From: an uncultured Candidatus Rokubacteria bacterium
GTDB lineage: Bacteria; Methylomirabilota; Methylomirabilia; Rokubacteriales; CSP1-6
Direction: 5' to 3'
Length of the DNA stretch: 64,000 nt
NCBI GenBank assembly: GCA_963762145.1
Contig: CAVXJS010000013.1
Location: forward strand, 32,001-96,000
Notes under the pieces: model-generated
Database searches by the model: none
The model's input: only the letters and a program-made list of their open reading frames with translations
Told to the model about the DNA's origin: nothing
Part shown: positions 50,534-59,771 of the stretch, one piece after another
Position numbering within the stretch: position 1 is the stretch's first letter
Layout: every line of letters begins with the position of its first letter
Position numbers and translations under genes: made by a program

Positions 50534-51601
50534 ATGTTCCATCGCGAGTGCGGCGTGCTGAAGACGAGCTACGAGGCGGACATGGGTCTCTACCCGCTGC
50601 CGATCGCGCGCTGGGCCATCGGCCTGCTCGCGGTGGTGTTCTTTGCGATCATCCCGCTGGGCCTGGACTCGTACTTCCTCTCGATCGCCAACCTGGTCTG
50701 GATCGCCTGCATCGGGGCCCTCGGCCTCAACATCCTGGTTGGCTACACCGGGCAGGTGTCGATTGGCCACGGGGCCTTCATGTCGGTGGGAGCCTACACG
50801 GCGGCGAACCTGGCGACGCGGCTGGATTCGCCATGGCCGGTGAACCTGCTCGCCGGGGGTATCATGGCTGCGCTGGTGGGGGCGGTGGTGGGCATCCCGT
50901 CCCTTCGCATCAAGGGGCTCTACCTGGCCATCGCCACCCTCGCGGGCCAGTTCATCATCGAGTGGATCATCAACCACGTGACCTTCATCAGCGGCGGGGT
51001 GCAGGCCTCGATCGAGGTGGCCCGACCGAGAATTTTCGGCATGGTGCTCGACTCCCAGCGGGACATGTACTACTTTCTGCTGTTCTTCGTGGTGCTGGCG
51101 ACCATCGGCACCATGAACCTGGTGCGGTCGCGGGTGGGCCGCGCCTTCATCGCGATCCGGGACCAGGACATCGCGGCCGAGATCATCGGGATCAACATCT
51201 TCCGGTACAAGCTGCTCGCGTTCGCGATCTCATCCTTCTACGCGGGCGCCAGCGGAGTGCTCTACACCTACTTCCTCGGGATCGCGAACTACGAGCAGTT
51301 CCAGCTCGGCGTGTCCATCGACTACCTGGCCATGATCATCATCGGGGGTCTGGGGTCGGTGCAAGGGTCCATCTTCGGCGCGTTCTTCATCACCCTGCTC
51401 CCCATCGTGATCCGGCGCACGATGGAAGCGTTCGGCGGGGTGTTCTTCGAGCCCCAAACCATCCTGAATCTGATCCCCAATCTCCGCGTCATCCTCTTCG
51501 GCGTGCTGATCATCTTCTTCCTGATCGTGGAGCCGGAGGGCCTCAACCGCCTGTGGCGGAACATCCGGAACTACTTCCGCATCTGGCCATTCGCGTACTG
51601 A
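50534..51601 (+). CDS. LivM-like ABC permease
   Basis: MFHRECG, NILVGYTGQVSIGH, AIRDQDIAAE, WPFAY. Confidence 0.9.
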   Translation: MFHRECGVLKTSYEADMGLYPLPIARWAIGLLAVVFFAIIPLGLDSYFLSIANLVWIACIGALGLNILVGYTGQVSIGHGAFMSVGAYTAANLATRLDSPWPVNLLAGGIMAALVGAVVGIPSLRIKGLYLAIATLAGQFIIEWIINHVTFISGGVQASIEVARPRIFGMVLDSQRDMYYFLLFFVVLATIGTMNLVRSRVGRAFIAIRDQDIAAEIIGINIFRYKLLAFAISSFYAGASGVLYTYFLGIANYEQFQLGVSIDYLAMIIIGGLGSVQGSIFGAFFITLLPIVIRRTMEAFGGVFFEPQTILNLIPNLRVILFGVLIIFFLIVEPEGLNRLWRNIRNYFRIWPFAY

Positions 51602-51626
51602 GGTACGCGATGAAAGGAGACCGCTC

Positions 51627-52871
51627 ATGAGACAGGTTCTGGCAATCGCAATCGCGCTGCTGCTGGGAGGGACCAGCCTGTTCGCGCCCGTCCCGTCGGT
51701 GGCCCAGTCGAAGGGCGAGGTCGTGATCGGGGTCCAGTGCGACCGCACCGGCGCGACCCAGATCGTGGGCACCGTCCTGTGCCCTGGCTTCCACGACTAC
51801 GTGGCCCTGGTGAACAGCAAGGGCGGCGTGGAGGGGTTCAAGATCAAGGCCCTGGAGGTCGATCACGAGTACAAGGTGCCGCCCTCGATCGAATCGTACG
51901 AGCGCTTCAAGCAGGAGGGCGCGGTGTCCATCGCGGTCTACGGGACCCCGCACATCTACGCGCTGGCCGCCAAGCTGAACGAGGATCGGATCCCCGGGAC
52001 GTCGCCGGGCTTCGGTAGCGCGGCCGCCGCCGACGGCACGCGGTATCCGTACATCTTCCCGATCGCCGCGACCTACTGGTCGCAGGGCACCGCCGCGGTG
52101 GACTTCGTAAAGAAGGAGCTCGGCGGAAGCTTGAAGGGCAAGAAGATCGCCTATCTCTTCTACGACAATCCGGCGGGCCGTGAGCCGATCCAGGTGCTCG
52201 ACGACCTGGCGCAGAGGGAGGGGTTCCAGATCAAGCACTTCGCGGTGCCGCCTCCCGGGGTCGAGATGGGCGCGCAGGTCCTCGACATCGCCCAGCGCTA
52301 CCGCGCCGACTTCGTGATCAACCACCTCTTCGGCGGCGCGCCGGCGGTGGCGATTAAGGAGCTCAAGCGGATCGGCTATCCGCTGCGGAAGATGGTCGGA
52401 TTTGTGTGGGCCTCCGCCGAGGTCAACATCGAGGCCGCAGGCGGCTTCGCGGCCGCCGAGGGTTACTACACGATGCAGTTTGCGGGGGTCGGCACCGACT
52501 TCCCGGTGCTGAACGAGATCCGCGAGATGTACAAGAAAGAGGGCAAGGCGGCGCCGAAGGAGATGGCCTCAACGGTCTATTACAATCGCGGGGTGCTGAT
52601 CGGAGCGCTGCACGTGGAGGCCATCCGCAACGCGTTGAAGGCGAAGGCGGGCGGCAAGATCACCGGGGTCGACGTGAAGGCGGGCTTCGAGAAGATCTCC
52701 AACTTCACGCTCGGCGGCCTGGTGCCGCCGTTGAAGATCACCCCGACCGACCACGAGGGCGGCGGGCTCGTCCAGATCTGGCAGGTGAAGGGCGGCAAGT
52801 TCGTCAAGTCGACGGAGTGGTTCGCCGCCTACCCGGACGTGCTGGCCAAGCACATCAAGGAGCACAAGTAA
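51627..52871 (+). CDS. LIV-type ABC substrate-binding protein
   Basis: Signal peptide after AGGAG; DRTGATQ, DHEYKVP, DHEGGG. Paralog of 44778..46103. Confidence 0.88.
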   Translation: MRQVLAIAIALLLGGTSLFAPVPSVAQSKGEVVIGVQCDRTGATQIVGTVLCPGFHDYVALVNSKGGVEGFKIKALEVDHEYKVPPSIESYERFKQEGAVSIAVYGTPHIYALAAKLNEDRIPGTSPGFGSAAAADGTRYPYIFPIAATYWSQGTAAVDFVKKELGGSLKGKKIAYLFYDNPAGREPIQVLDDLAQREGFQIKHFAVPPPGVEMGAQVLDIAQRYRADFVINHLFGGAPAVAIKELKRIGYPLRKMVGFVWASAEVNIEAAGGFAAAEGYYTMQFAGVGTDFPVLNEIREMYKKEGKAAPKEMASTVYYNRGVLIGALHVEAIRNALKAKAGGKITGVDVKAGFEKISNFTLGGLVPPLKITPTDHEGGGLVQIWQVKGGKFVKSTEWFAAYPDVLAKHIKEHK

Positions 52872-52917
52872 TCGTCCAACCCCGGGCGCCCCGGCGCGTC
52901 GCGGAACGGAGGACCGA

Positions 52918-52945
52918 CACCGGAGGGGGCCCGGCCCCCTCCGGT
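52918..52945. repeat. Perfect 28-bp palindrome after the SBP gene (probable mRNA-stabilising hairpin)
   Basis: caccggagggggcc|ggccccctccggtg with no U-tract. Confidence 0.7.
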
Positions 52946-52956
52946 GACACAACGCC

Positions 52957-53751
52957 ATGCTGACCCTCAACAACATCGAAGTGATCTACGACGGTGTCAT
53001 CCTCGTGCTCAAGGGGGTGTCGCTGGAGGTCCGGGAAGGCGGGATCACCACGCTCCTCGGGGCCAACGGCGCCGGGAAGACCACGACCCTGAAGGCCATC
53101 TCCGGCCTGCTGCGGACCGAGCGCGGGGAGGTGACGAAGGGCACGATCGAGCTCGCGGGCCAGCGTCTCGACCGCCTCGCCCCTCACGAGATGGTCCGGC
53201 GCGGGGTGGTGCAGGTCTTCGAGGGACGCCGGGTCTTCGAGCACCTGACGACCGAGGAGAACTTGATCGCGGGGGCGCACGTGCAGTCCGACCGCCAGCG
53301 CGTGGCTGGCGGGATCGAGCGGGTGTACCAGTACTTCCCGCGGTTGAAGGAGCGGCGCGCGGTGCAGGCAGGGTACCTCTCCGGCGGCGAGCAGCAGATG
53401 CTGGTCATCGGGCGCGCCCTCATGTCGGATCCGCGGGTGATCCTGCTCGACGAGCCGTCGCTCGGGCTGGCCCCGATGCTGGTCGAGGAGATCTTCGTGA
53501 TCGTGCAGCGGCTCAATCGCGAGCAGAAGCTGACCGTGCTCCTGGTGGAGCAGAACGCCACCATGGCCCTCGGCATCGCCGAGCACGGCTACGTGATGGA
53601 GAACGGCCGGATCGTCCTGGAGGGTGCGGGGGAAGCGCTGCGCGCGAACGCGGATATCAAGGAGTTCTACCTCGGCCTCACCGAGGTGGGAGCCCGGAAG
53701 TCCTACCGGGACGTGAAGCACTACAAGCGGCGCAAGCGGTGGCTGAGCTGA
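52957..53751 (+). CDS. LivF-like ABC ATP-binding protein
   Basis: NNIEVIYD, GANGAGKTT, LSGGEQQM and tail RKSYRDVKHYKRRKRWLS. Confidence 0.9.
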   Translation: MLTLNNIEVIYDGVILVLKGVSLEVREGGITTLLGANGAGKTTTLKAISGLLRTERGEVTKGTIELAGQRLDRLAPHEMVRRGVVQVFEGRRVFEHLTTEENLIAGAHVQSDRQRVAGGIERVYQYFPRLKERRAVQAGYLSGGEQQMLVIGRALMSDPRVILLDEPSLGLAPMLVEEIFVIVQRLNREQKLTVLLVEQNATMALGIAEHGYVMENGRIVLEGAGEALRANADIKEFYLGLTEVGARKSYRDVKHYKRRKRWLS

Positions 53752-55256
53752 GCGTTCACACCTTCACCGTCTACGACATGATCGCGCGGGCCGCCGCAGT
53801 TCACGGCGACGCGCCCGCGGTCATCCAGGGCGAGCGCGCGCTGTCGTTCCGGGCGCTCCAGGGGCGGGTGGACGAGCTGGCCACCGGGCTCGCCGGCCGG
53901 GGGCTCGCGGCGGGCGACCGGATCTGCGTGCTCGCCCAGAACGACACCGCCTACCTCGAGCTCTACGGGGCCTGCGCGCGCCAGGGCCTCACCGCCTATC
54001 CGATCAACTGGCGGCTCAGCGCCCAGGAGGTGGAGCGGGTGGTGGAGCGGGCCCGGCCCGCGATGATGGTGGTGGACGCCTCGACCCAGGCCCTGGTCGG
54101 CGACTGGCTCGGGGCCGCGGGCGTGACGCATCGCTATCAGCTCGGCGAGGGAGCCGACGCCGGCTTCACGCCGCTCGAGGGCCTCTACCGCAAGGGCCCG
54201 GCCCCTGATCCCGCGGACGTGCCCGCCGATGCCCCGTTCGCGGTGATCTCGACCGCGGCGGTGGACGTGGTGCCCCGCGGGGCGGTGCTGACCCACGCGA
54301 ACGTGATCGCGGCCAATCTCAGCACGATCGGCTGCCTCGGCTTCACCGCGCGCGACCGCTACCTGGTCGGCCTGCCGCTCTTCCATGTGAGCGCGCTGAT
54401 CATGGCCATGGCCCACCTGCACGCGGGGGGTGCCAACGTCATCGTGTCGCGCTTCGAGCCGACGGAAGCGGTGGCGCTCATCGACCGCCACCGGGTGACC
54501 CACGTGTCGAATTTCCCCCCGGTGCTGGCGAGCCTGCTCGACGCGGCCGAGAAGGCGGGCAGCGCGCTCCCGAGCCTGACCCACGTCTCCGGCCTCGACG
54601 CGCCCCAGACCATCCAGCGCCTGCACGAGAGAACGAAGGCGCAGTTCTGGACCGGCTTCGGCCAGTCCGAGACCAGTGGGTTCGTGACGCTCCAGCGGGT
54701 GACCGACCGGCCCGGCGCCTCCGGGCGGCCGGTGCCCGCCGCCCTGATCCGGCTCGTGGACGACTACGACCGCGAGGTGCCCGTCGGCACGCCGGGGGAG
54801 ATCGTCGTGCGGGGCCCGCTGGTCTTCCAGGGCTACTTCGGCCAGCCGGACGTCACCGCGTACACTTTCCGCAGCGGCTGGCACCACACGGGCGACGTGG
54901 GCCGCTTCGACGCCGATGGGTACCTGCACTACGTCAAGCGCAAGCCGGAGAAGGAGCTGATCAAGCCGGGCGGCGAGAACGTGTACCCGGCGGAGGTCGA
55001 GGCGGTGATCATGCAGATGGCCGGCGTGACCGGCGTCTGCGTCTACGGCATCCCCGACGCCCGGTGGGGTGAGGCGGTCAAGGCGGTGGTGGAGGTGGCC
55101 GCGCCGGGGACGCACACCGCGCAGCAGGTGACCGACTTCGTGGGCGGCAAGATCGCTCGCTTCAAGCGGCCGCACGTGGTGGCGTTCTGCGAAGCCCTGC
55201 CGCGCACCGCGGAGGGGGCGATCGACCGCGACGGGGTGAAGGCACGCTGGTCGTGA
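53748..55256 (+). CDS. AMP-binding (ANL-superfamily) protein with degenerate P-loop and no C-terminal catalytic Lys
   Basis: PINWRLS, LPLFH, FGQSET, HTGDVG, IKPGGENVYP. P-loop reads STAAVDVVPRGA; A10 region reads PRTAEGAID. Start is CTG 53748, GTG 53739 or ATG 53778. Confidence 0.82.
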   Translation: MSVHTFTVYDMIARAAAVHGDAPAVIQGERALSFRALQGRVDELATGLAGRGLAAGDRICVLAQNDTAYLELYGACARQGLTAYPINWRLSAQEVERVVERARPAMMVVDASTQALVGDWLGAAGVTHRYQLGEGADAGFTPLEGLYRKGPAPDPADVPADAPFAVISTAAVDVVPRGAVLTHANVIAANLSTIGCLGFTARDRYLVGLPLFHVSALIMAMAHLHAGGANVIVSRFEPTEAVALIDRHRVTHVSNFPPVLASLLDAAEKAGSALPSLTHVSGLDAPQTIQRLHERTKAQFWTGFGQSETSGFVTLQRVTDRPGASGRPVPAALIRLVDDYDREVPVGTPGEIVVRGPLVFQGYFGQPDVTAYTFRSGWHHTGDVGRFDADGYLHYVKRKPEKELIKPGGENVYPAEVEAVIMQMAGVTGVCVYGIPDARWGEAVKAVVEVAAPGTHTAQQVTDFVGGKIARFKRPHVVAFCEALPRTAEGAIDRDGVKARWS

Positions 55257-56410
55257 AGATCTTCGACGAGCACCACGAGATGTTCCGGCAGGCGGTGCGC
55301 GCCTTCGTGCAGAAGGAAGTGGAGCCGCACGTCGAGGCGTGGGAGGAGGCCGGGGAGATCCCGAAGTCCATCTGGCCGCGGATGGGCGCGCTCGGCTTCC
55401 TCGGCGTGGAGTACGACGAGAAGTACGGCGGCGCCGGCGCCGACGTGCTCACCACCGCGGTGCTGTGCGAGGAGATGGCCCGAGCCCGCTGCGCCTCGCT
55501 CGCGATGGCGGTCGGGGTGCACACCGATATGGCCTCCCCGCACCTGTACTGGACGGGCAGCGAGGCCCTCAAGGAGAAGTATCTGCCCGCGATCTGCCGC
55601 GGCGAGGCCCTCACCGCGATCGCGGTGACCGAGCCCGGCGGCGGCTCCGACGTGGCCGCCATCCGGACGCGCGCGGTCCGTGACGGCGACCACTACGTGC
55701 TCGACGGCTCCAAGATGTTCATCACCAACGGAGTGCTGGCGGATCTCTACTTCGTGGCCGCCCGGATCCAGGACTCCTCGCCGAGGGGGGAAGGGGGGCG
55801 CCACCGGGGGATCTCGATGTTCCTGGTGGAGCGCAACACGCCCGGGTTCACGGTGAGCCGGAAGCTCGACAAGATGGGCAACCGCGCCTCCGACACCGCC
55901 GAGCTCGCCTTCGAGGGTATGCGGGTGCCCGCCGGGAACCTCCTGGGCACCGAGGGCAAGGGGTTCTACGAGGTCATGCGCGTGTTCCAGCGGGAGCGCC
56001 TGGTGGCGGGCCTGCACGCGGTGGCCGGCTGCGAGCGGGCGCTGGAGGACACCATCGCCTACGTCCAGCAGCGCCACGCCTTCGACGAGCCCCTCGCGAA
56101 GAAGCAGGTGGTGCGGCACAAGCTGGCCGACCTCGCCACCCTCATCGAGGCCGGCCGCTGGCTCACCTACGCGGCGTGCCTGAAGTTCCGCGACCGGGAG
56201 GAGGCGGTGAAGGAGATCTCGATGGTGAAGCTCTTCACCGCCGAGATGGCCCAGAAGGTCGCCTACGACTGCGTGCAGCTGCACGGCGGGTACGGCTACA
56301 TGCGCGAGTACCCCATCGAGCGCTTCTTCCGGGACATCCGCCTGATGACCATCGGCGGCGGGACCTCCGAGATCATGAAGGAGATCATCGCCAAGCAGAT
56401 GGCGTTATGA
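55253..56410 (+). CDS. Acyl-CoA dehydrogenase (LCAD/IVD-type catalytic Glu position)
   Basis: AVTEPGGGSDV, GSKMFITNG, FQRERL, QLHGGYGY, IGGGTSEIM. Confidence 0.92.
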   Translation: MKIFDEHHEMFRQAVRAFVQKEVEPHVEAWEEAGEIPKSIWPRMGALGFLGVEYDEKYGGAGADVLTTAVLCEEMARARCASLAMAVGVHTDMASPHLYWTGSEALKEKYLPAICRGEALTAIAVTEPGGGSDVAAIRTRAVRDGDHYVLDGSKMFITNGVLADLYFVAARIQDSSPRGEGGRHRGISMFLVERNTPGFTVSRKLDKMGNRASDTAELAFEGMRVPAGNLLGTEGKGFYEVMRVFQRERLVAGLHAVAGCERALEDTIAYVQQRHAFDEPLAKKQVVRHKLADLATLIEAGRWLTYAACLKFRDREEAVKEISMVKLFTAEMAQKVAYDCVQLHGGYGYMREYPIERFFRDIRLMTIGGGTSEIMKEIIAKQMAL

Positions 56411-57270
56411 GCGCGGTGGACTTCGTCGCGATCGGCCACGTCACGCTCGATCAGACCGCGCACGGCACCCGGCCCGGCGGGGCGGCCTACTACACCGCGA
56501 TGACCGCCCACCGCCTGGGCCTGTCGGTGGGATTGCTCACCTCCTTCGGCCCGGACTTCCCGGCCGACGCGATCCCGCCGGACGTCGAGGTGGTCAACGT
56601 CGCGGCCCAGCAGACCACCACGTTCCGGATCGGGAGACCCCGGCCCGGCCAGGACCCGCGGCGGCGCGAGCTCGCGGTGCTGGCGCGGGCGCTGGATCTC
56701 GAGGCCGACGCGCTGCCCGAGGCGTGGCGGGACGCGACGCTGGGGGCCCTGGCCCCCGTGACCGGCGAGGTGGACCCCGCCTTCGCGGTCGCGTTCCCGG
56801 AGACCTCGCTGGTGGCGCTGCCGCAGGGCTGGATGCGCCAGCGCGGCAAGGGGGGCGTGCTCGCGCCCCAGCCGTGGGAGGACGCCGACCTGGTCCTGCC
56901 GCGGGTGCAGGCGCTGGTGGTCAGCCACGAGGACGTGGAGCCCTTCGAGAAGGACGCGCTGGAATGGTTCCAGCAGGTGCCGGTCGGCGCGGTCACCCGC
57001 GGGGCCGACGGGGCGGTCCTCTTCGTCAACGGCGAGCGGTACGGCGTCGAGCCGGACGTCGCGGTCGAGCGGGACGCCACCGGCGCGGGCGACGTCTTCG
57101 CGGCCGCGCTGCTCATCGCCTACCACCGGGACGGCAACGCGTGGGACGCCGCCTCGATCGCCGCGTGCTGCGCCGCGGCCTCGGTGGAGGCGGAAGGCGT
57201 CGCGGGCGTCCCCGAACGCGCCGCGCTCGAGGCCCGGCTCGCCGCCTACCGCCGGCGCCTCGGCATCTGA
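56407..57270 (+). CDS. PfkB-family carbohydrate kinase
   Basis: GHVTLD, PGGAAYY, VTRGADG, DATGAGDVFAAA. Confidence 0.87.
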   Translation: MSAVDFVAIGHVTLDQTAHGTRPGGAAYYTAMTAHRLGLSVGLLTSFGPDFPADAIPPDVEVVNVAAQQTTTFRIGRPRPGQDPRRRELAVLARALDLEADALPEAWRDATLGALAPVTGEVDPAFAVAFPETSLVALPQGWMRQRGKGGVLAPQPWEDADLVLPRVQALVVSHEDVEPFEKDALEWFQQVPVGAVTRGADGAVLFVNGERYGVEPDVAVERDATGAGDVFAAALLIAYHRDGNAWDAASIAACCAAASVEAEGVAGVPERAALEARLAAYRRRLGI

Positions 57271-57278
57271 GCCGGGCA

Positions 57279-57312
57279 TTGCCCGGACCGGCCATTTTGG
57301 CTAAAATGGCCG
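57279..57312 (+). promoter_or_regulatory. Toxin-antitoxin promoter with overlapping palindromic operator
   Basis: TTGCCC (57279-84), 17 bp spacer, TAAAAT (57302-07). Inverted repeat cggccatttt-ggct-aaaatggccg at 57289-57312 covers the -10. Confidence 0.7.
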
Positions 57313-57329
57313 TAACGAGGGAGGAGCCC

Positions 57330-57719
57330 ATGGCCAGGCGCCGGACCGCGGTCAGCAAGGGGGGCGCGACGCGCCCACCCGCCTTTCGCAACCGACGAGG
57401 CGAGCAGGTCGAGCCCCGGTCGTTCTCGGCCAGCGACGCGAAGAACCAGTTCGGACGGGTGCTCGAGACCGCGCTCGCGGACGGGGTCGTGATGATCACC
57501 AAGCACGACGCGGTCCGAGCGGTGCTCGTCTCGGCGGAGGAGTTCGCCGCGCTCACCGGCGCGCGCGAGCCCGCCCTGGACACGCTCAGCCGCGAGTTCG
57601 ATCGGATGCTGGCCCGCATGCAGACGCCGAAGAGCCGCGCCGGGATGAAGAGCGCCTTCGAGGCGACCCCGAAGCAGCTCGGGCAGGCGGCGGTGGAGGG
57701 CGCGCGGCGGCGTGCCTGA
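57330..57719 (+). CDS. Phd/YefM-family antitoxin
   Basis: SFSASDAKNQFGRVLE..VMITKHDAVRAVLVSAEEF; SD GGAGGAG. Confidence 0.85.
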   Translation: MARRRTAVSKGGATRPPAFRNRRGEQVEPRSFSASDAKNQFGRVLETALADGVVMITKHDAVRAVLVSAEEFAALTGAREPALDTLSREFDRMLARMQTPKSRAGMKSAFEATPKQLGQAAVEGARRRA

Positions 57720-58350
57720 TCGCCCGCGCGCCCCCCGCATCTACGTTCTCGCGGGGACCAACGGCGCGGGCAAGAGCAGCATCGCCGGCGCCATGCTGCT
57801 CGGGCGGCGGGTGGAGTACTTCAACCCGGACGAGGCCGCGCGCCGGATCCTCGCCGCCAATCCCGGGGCCAGCCAGACGCAGGCGAACAGCGCGGCGTGG
57901 CTAGAGGGCCGGCGCCTCCTGGAGCGGGCGATCGCCGAGCGGCTCGATTTCGCCTTCGAGACCACGCTGGGCGGGCGCACGATCACGGGCCTGCTCGAGC
58001 GCGCGGCCGCGCGGGGCATCGAGGTGCGCGTCTGGTACGTCGGGCTCTCCAGCCCGGATCTGCACGTCGCGCGCGTGCGGGCCCGGGTCGCGAAGGGCGG
58101 CCACGACATTCCGGAGTCACGGATCCGCGAGCGGTACGACGCGAGCCGGCTCAACCTCATCCGGCTGCTCCCGAGCCTCCACGAGCTGCGGGTCTACGAC
58201 AATAGCGTGGAGGCGGATCCGGACGCCGGGGTGGCGCCCGAGCCGAGGCTGGTTCTGCATCTTCGCCGCGGGACGATCGTGGGCCCGCGCGACGTGAGCC
58301 TCACGCCGGCGTGGGCGAAGGCGATCGTCGCCGCCGCCATGAAGGTGTGA
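57712..58350 (+). CDS. Zeta-toxin-like P-loop kinase/ATPase
   Basis: LAGTNGAGKSS, FNPDE, FAFETTL, RVRARVAKGGHDIP, VYDNS. Overlaps the antitoxin stop. Confidence 0.8.
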   Translation: MPDRPRAPRIYVLAGTNGAGKSSIAGAMLLGRRVEYFNPDEAARRILAANPGASQTQANSAAWLEGRRLLERAIAERLDFAFETTLGGRTITGLLERAAARGIEVRVWYVGLSSPDLHVARVRARVAKGGHDIPESRIRERYDASRLNLIRLLPSLHELRVYDNSVEADPDAGVAPEPRLVLHLRRGTIVGPRDVSLTPAWAKAIVAAAMKV

Positions 58351-58364
58351 GGCGGGCTTGAACC

Positions 58365-58393
58365 TTGCCGCCGACCGGAGCCGGGGCTACACT
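58365..58393 (+). promoter_or_regulatory. Putative sigma70 promoter for the cyclophilin-like/tal pair
   Basis: TTGCCG (58365-70), 17 bp spacer, TACACT (58388-93). Confidence 0.5.
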
Positions 58394-58417
58394 TCGGAGC
58401 GGGCGGACGAATCAACA

Positions 58418-58792
58418 ATGGCGGAGAGGAAAATCCGGATCACCGCGGGCCGCGTCACGGCCGACGCGGTGCTCAACGGCTCGAAGACGGCGGCGGCGAT
58501 CTGGGACGCGCTGCCGCTCGACATCCCCGGTGAGACCTGGGGCGACGAGATCTACTTCGGCATTCCAGTGAAGGCCAAGGCGGAGGACGTTCGCGAGGTG
58601 GTGGACATGGGCGATCTGGCCTACTGGCCTCCCGGCTCCGCGTTCTGCATCTTCTTCGGCCCGACGCCGTCGAGCCGGGGCGACGAGATCCGGCCGGCGA
58701 GCCCGGTCAACGTGTTCGGTCGTGTGCTGGGTGATCCCACCGTGTTCAAGTCGGTGCGCTCCGGGACCAAGGTCCGCGTCGAGCGCGCCTGA
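58418..58792 (+). CDS. Cyclophilin-like fold protein (TM1367/DUF369-like)
   Basis: [46 protein letters not shown]. Confidence 0.8.
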   Translation: MAERKIRITAGRVTADAVLNGSKTAAAIWDALPLDIPGETWGDEIYFGIPVKAKAEDVREVVDMGDLAYWPPGSAFCIFFGPTPSSRGDEIRPASPVNVFGRVLGDPTVFKSVRSGTKVRVERA

Positions 58793-58805
58793 CAGGGAGG
58801 ACTGG

Positions 58806-59456
58806 ATGAAGATCTTTCTGGATAGCGCGAACGTGGCCGAGCTGCGGGAGGGCGTTGCGATGGGCCTGGTGGACGGCTGCACGACCAATCCCTCGCTGAT
58901 CGCCAAGGAGAAGCGGCCGTTCCGCCCCCTGGTCGAGGAGATCTGCCGGACGGTCCCCGGCGACGTGAGCCTCGAGGTGGTGGCCACCGACTTCGACGGC
59001 ATGGTGAAGGAAGGCAAGGAGCTGGTGCAGGTGGCGCCCAACGTGGTGGTCAAGTGCCCGCTCACGAAGGACGGGCTCAAGGCGGTGAAGTACCTGACCG
59101 GCGAGGGCATCCGCGTCAACCAGACCCTCTGCTTCTCGGCCCCGCAGGCCCTGCTCTCCGCCAAGGCGGGCGCGGTCTACATCAGCCCGTTCCTGGGGCG
59201 GCTCGACGACATCGGCCACGTGGGCATGGACCTGATCCGGGACATCTGCGAGATCTACCGCAACTACGGTTTCAAGACCCAGGTGCTGGCGGCCTCGATC
59301 CGCAACCCGCTCCACGTCATCGACGCCGCCAAGGCGGGCGCCCATGTGGCCACCATGCCCTTCAACGTGCTCGAGATGCTGATGAAGCACCCCCTCACCG
59401 ACATCGGCCTCAAGAAGTTCCTCGACGACTGGAACAAGCTCGGCGAGAAGATCTAG
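58806..59456 (+). CDS. tal: Small transaldolase (TalC/FSA family)
   Basis: FLDSAN, TTNPSLI, VSLEV (Glu), VVKCP (Schiff-base Lys), SPFLGRLDD (Phe rather than the FSA Tyr), ASIRNPLH. Confidence 0.88.
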   Translation: MKIFLDSANVAELREGVAMGLVDGCTTNPSLIAKEKRPFRPLVEEICRTVPGDVSLEVVATDFDGMVKEGKELVQVAPNVVVKCPLTKDGLKAVKYLTGEGIRVNQTLCFSAPQALLSAKAGAVYISPFLGRLDDIGHVGMDLIRDICEIYRNYGFKTQVLAASIRNPLHVIDAAKAGAHVATMPFNVLEMLMKHPLTDIGLKKFLDDWNKLGEKI

Positions 59457-59465
59457 CCCTGTTCT

Positions 59466-59500
59466 CCCTCTCCCCCCTGGGGAGAGGGCAGGGTGAGAGG
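59466..59500. repeat. Repeat family B, half copy
   Basis: ccctctcccccctggggagagggcagggtgagagg, immediately after the tal stop. Confidence 0.75.
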
Positions 59501-59771
59501 CGGTCTGCTGGGACGAGCTATTCATCGCGTACTCGGACTCTTTCGACCACCTCGCCACTTTCCACTTGACAAGGTCTCACCGGCGGCCTCCCCGGGCGTC
59601 GCGTCCGCGGAAGGAATGCCGACGCAGCGTCACGAGTGCGCCCCGTGATCCGCGATCGCGGCACCGGCGACGAGCAATCATGGCACGTTCCGCCTTCTCG
59701 CAACGTGGGCGGTTCCAGGAGCCGCCGAATCCCGGGGTTAGAGTCATCCCAGCAGAAAAGGGGGACTCGCC

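Noticed and set aside
58806-59456. Fructose-6-phosphate aldolase (fsa) call
   Set aside because: It has Glu (SLEV) and Phe (SPFLGR), typical of transaldolase, rather than the Gln/Tyr pair of FSA.
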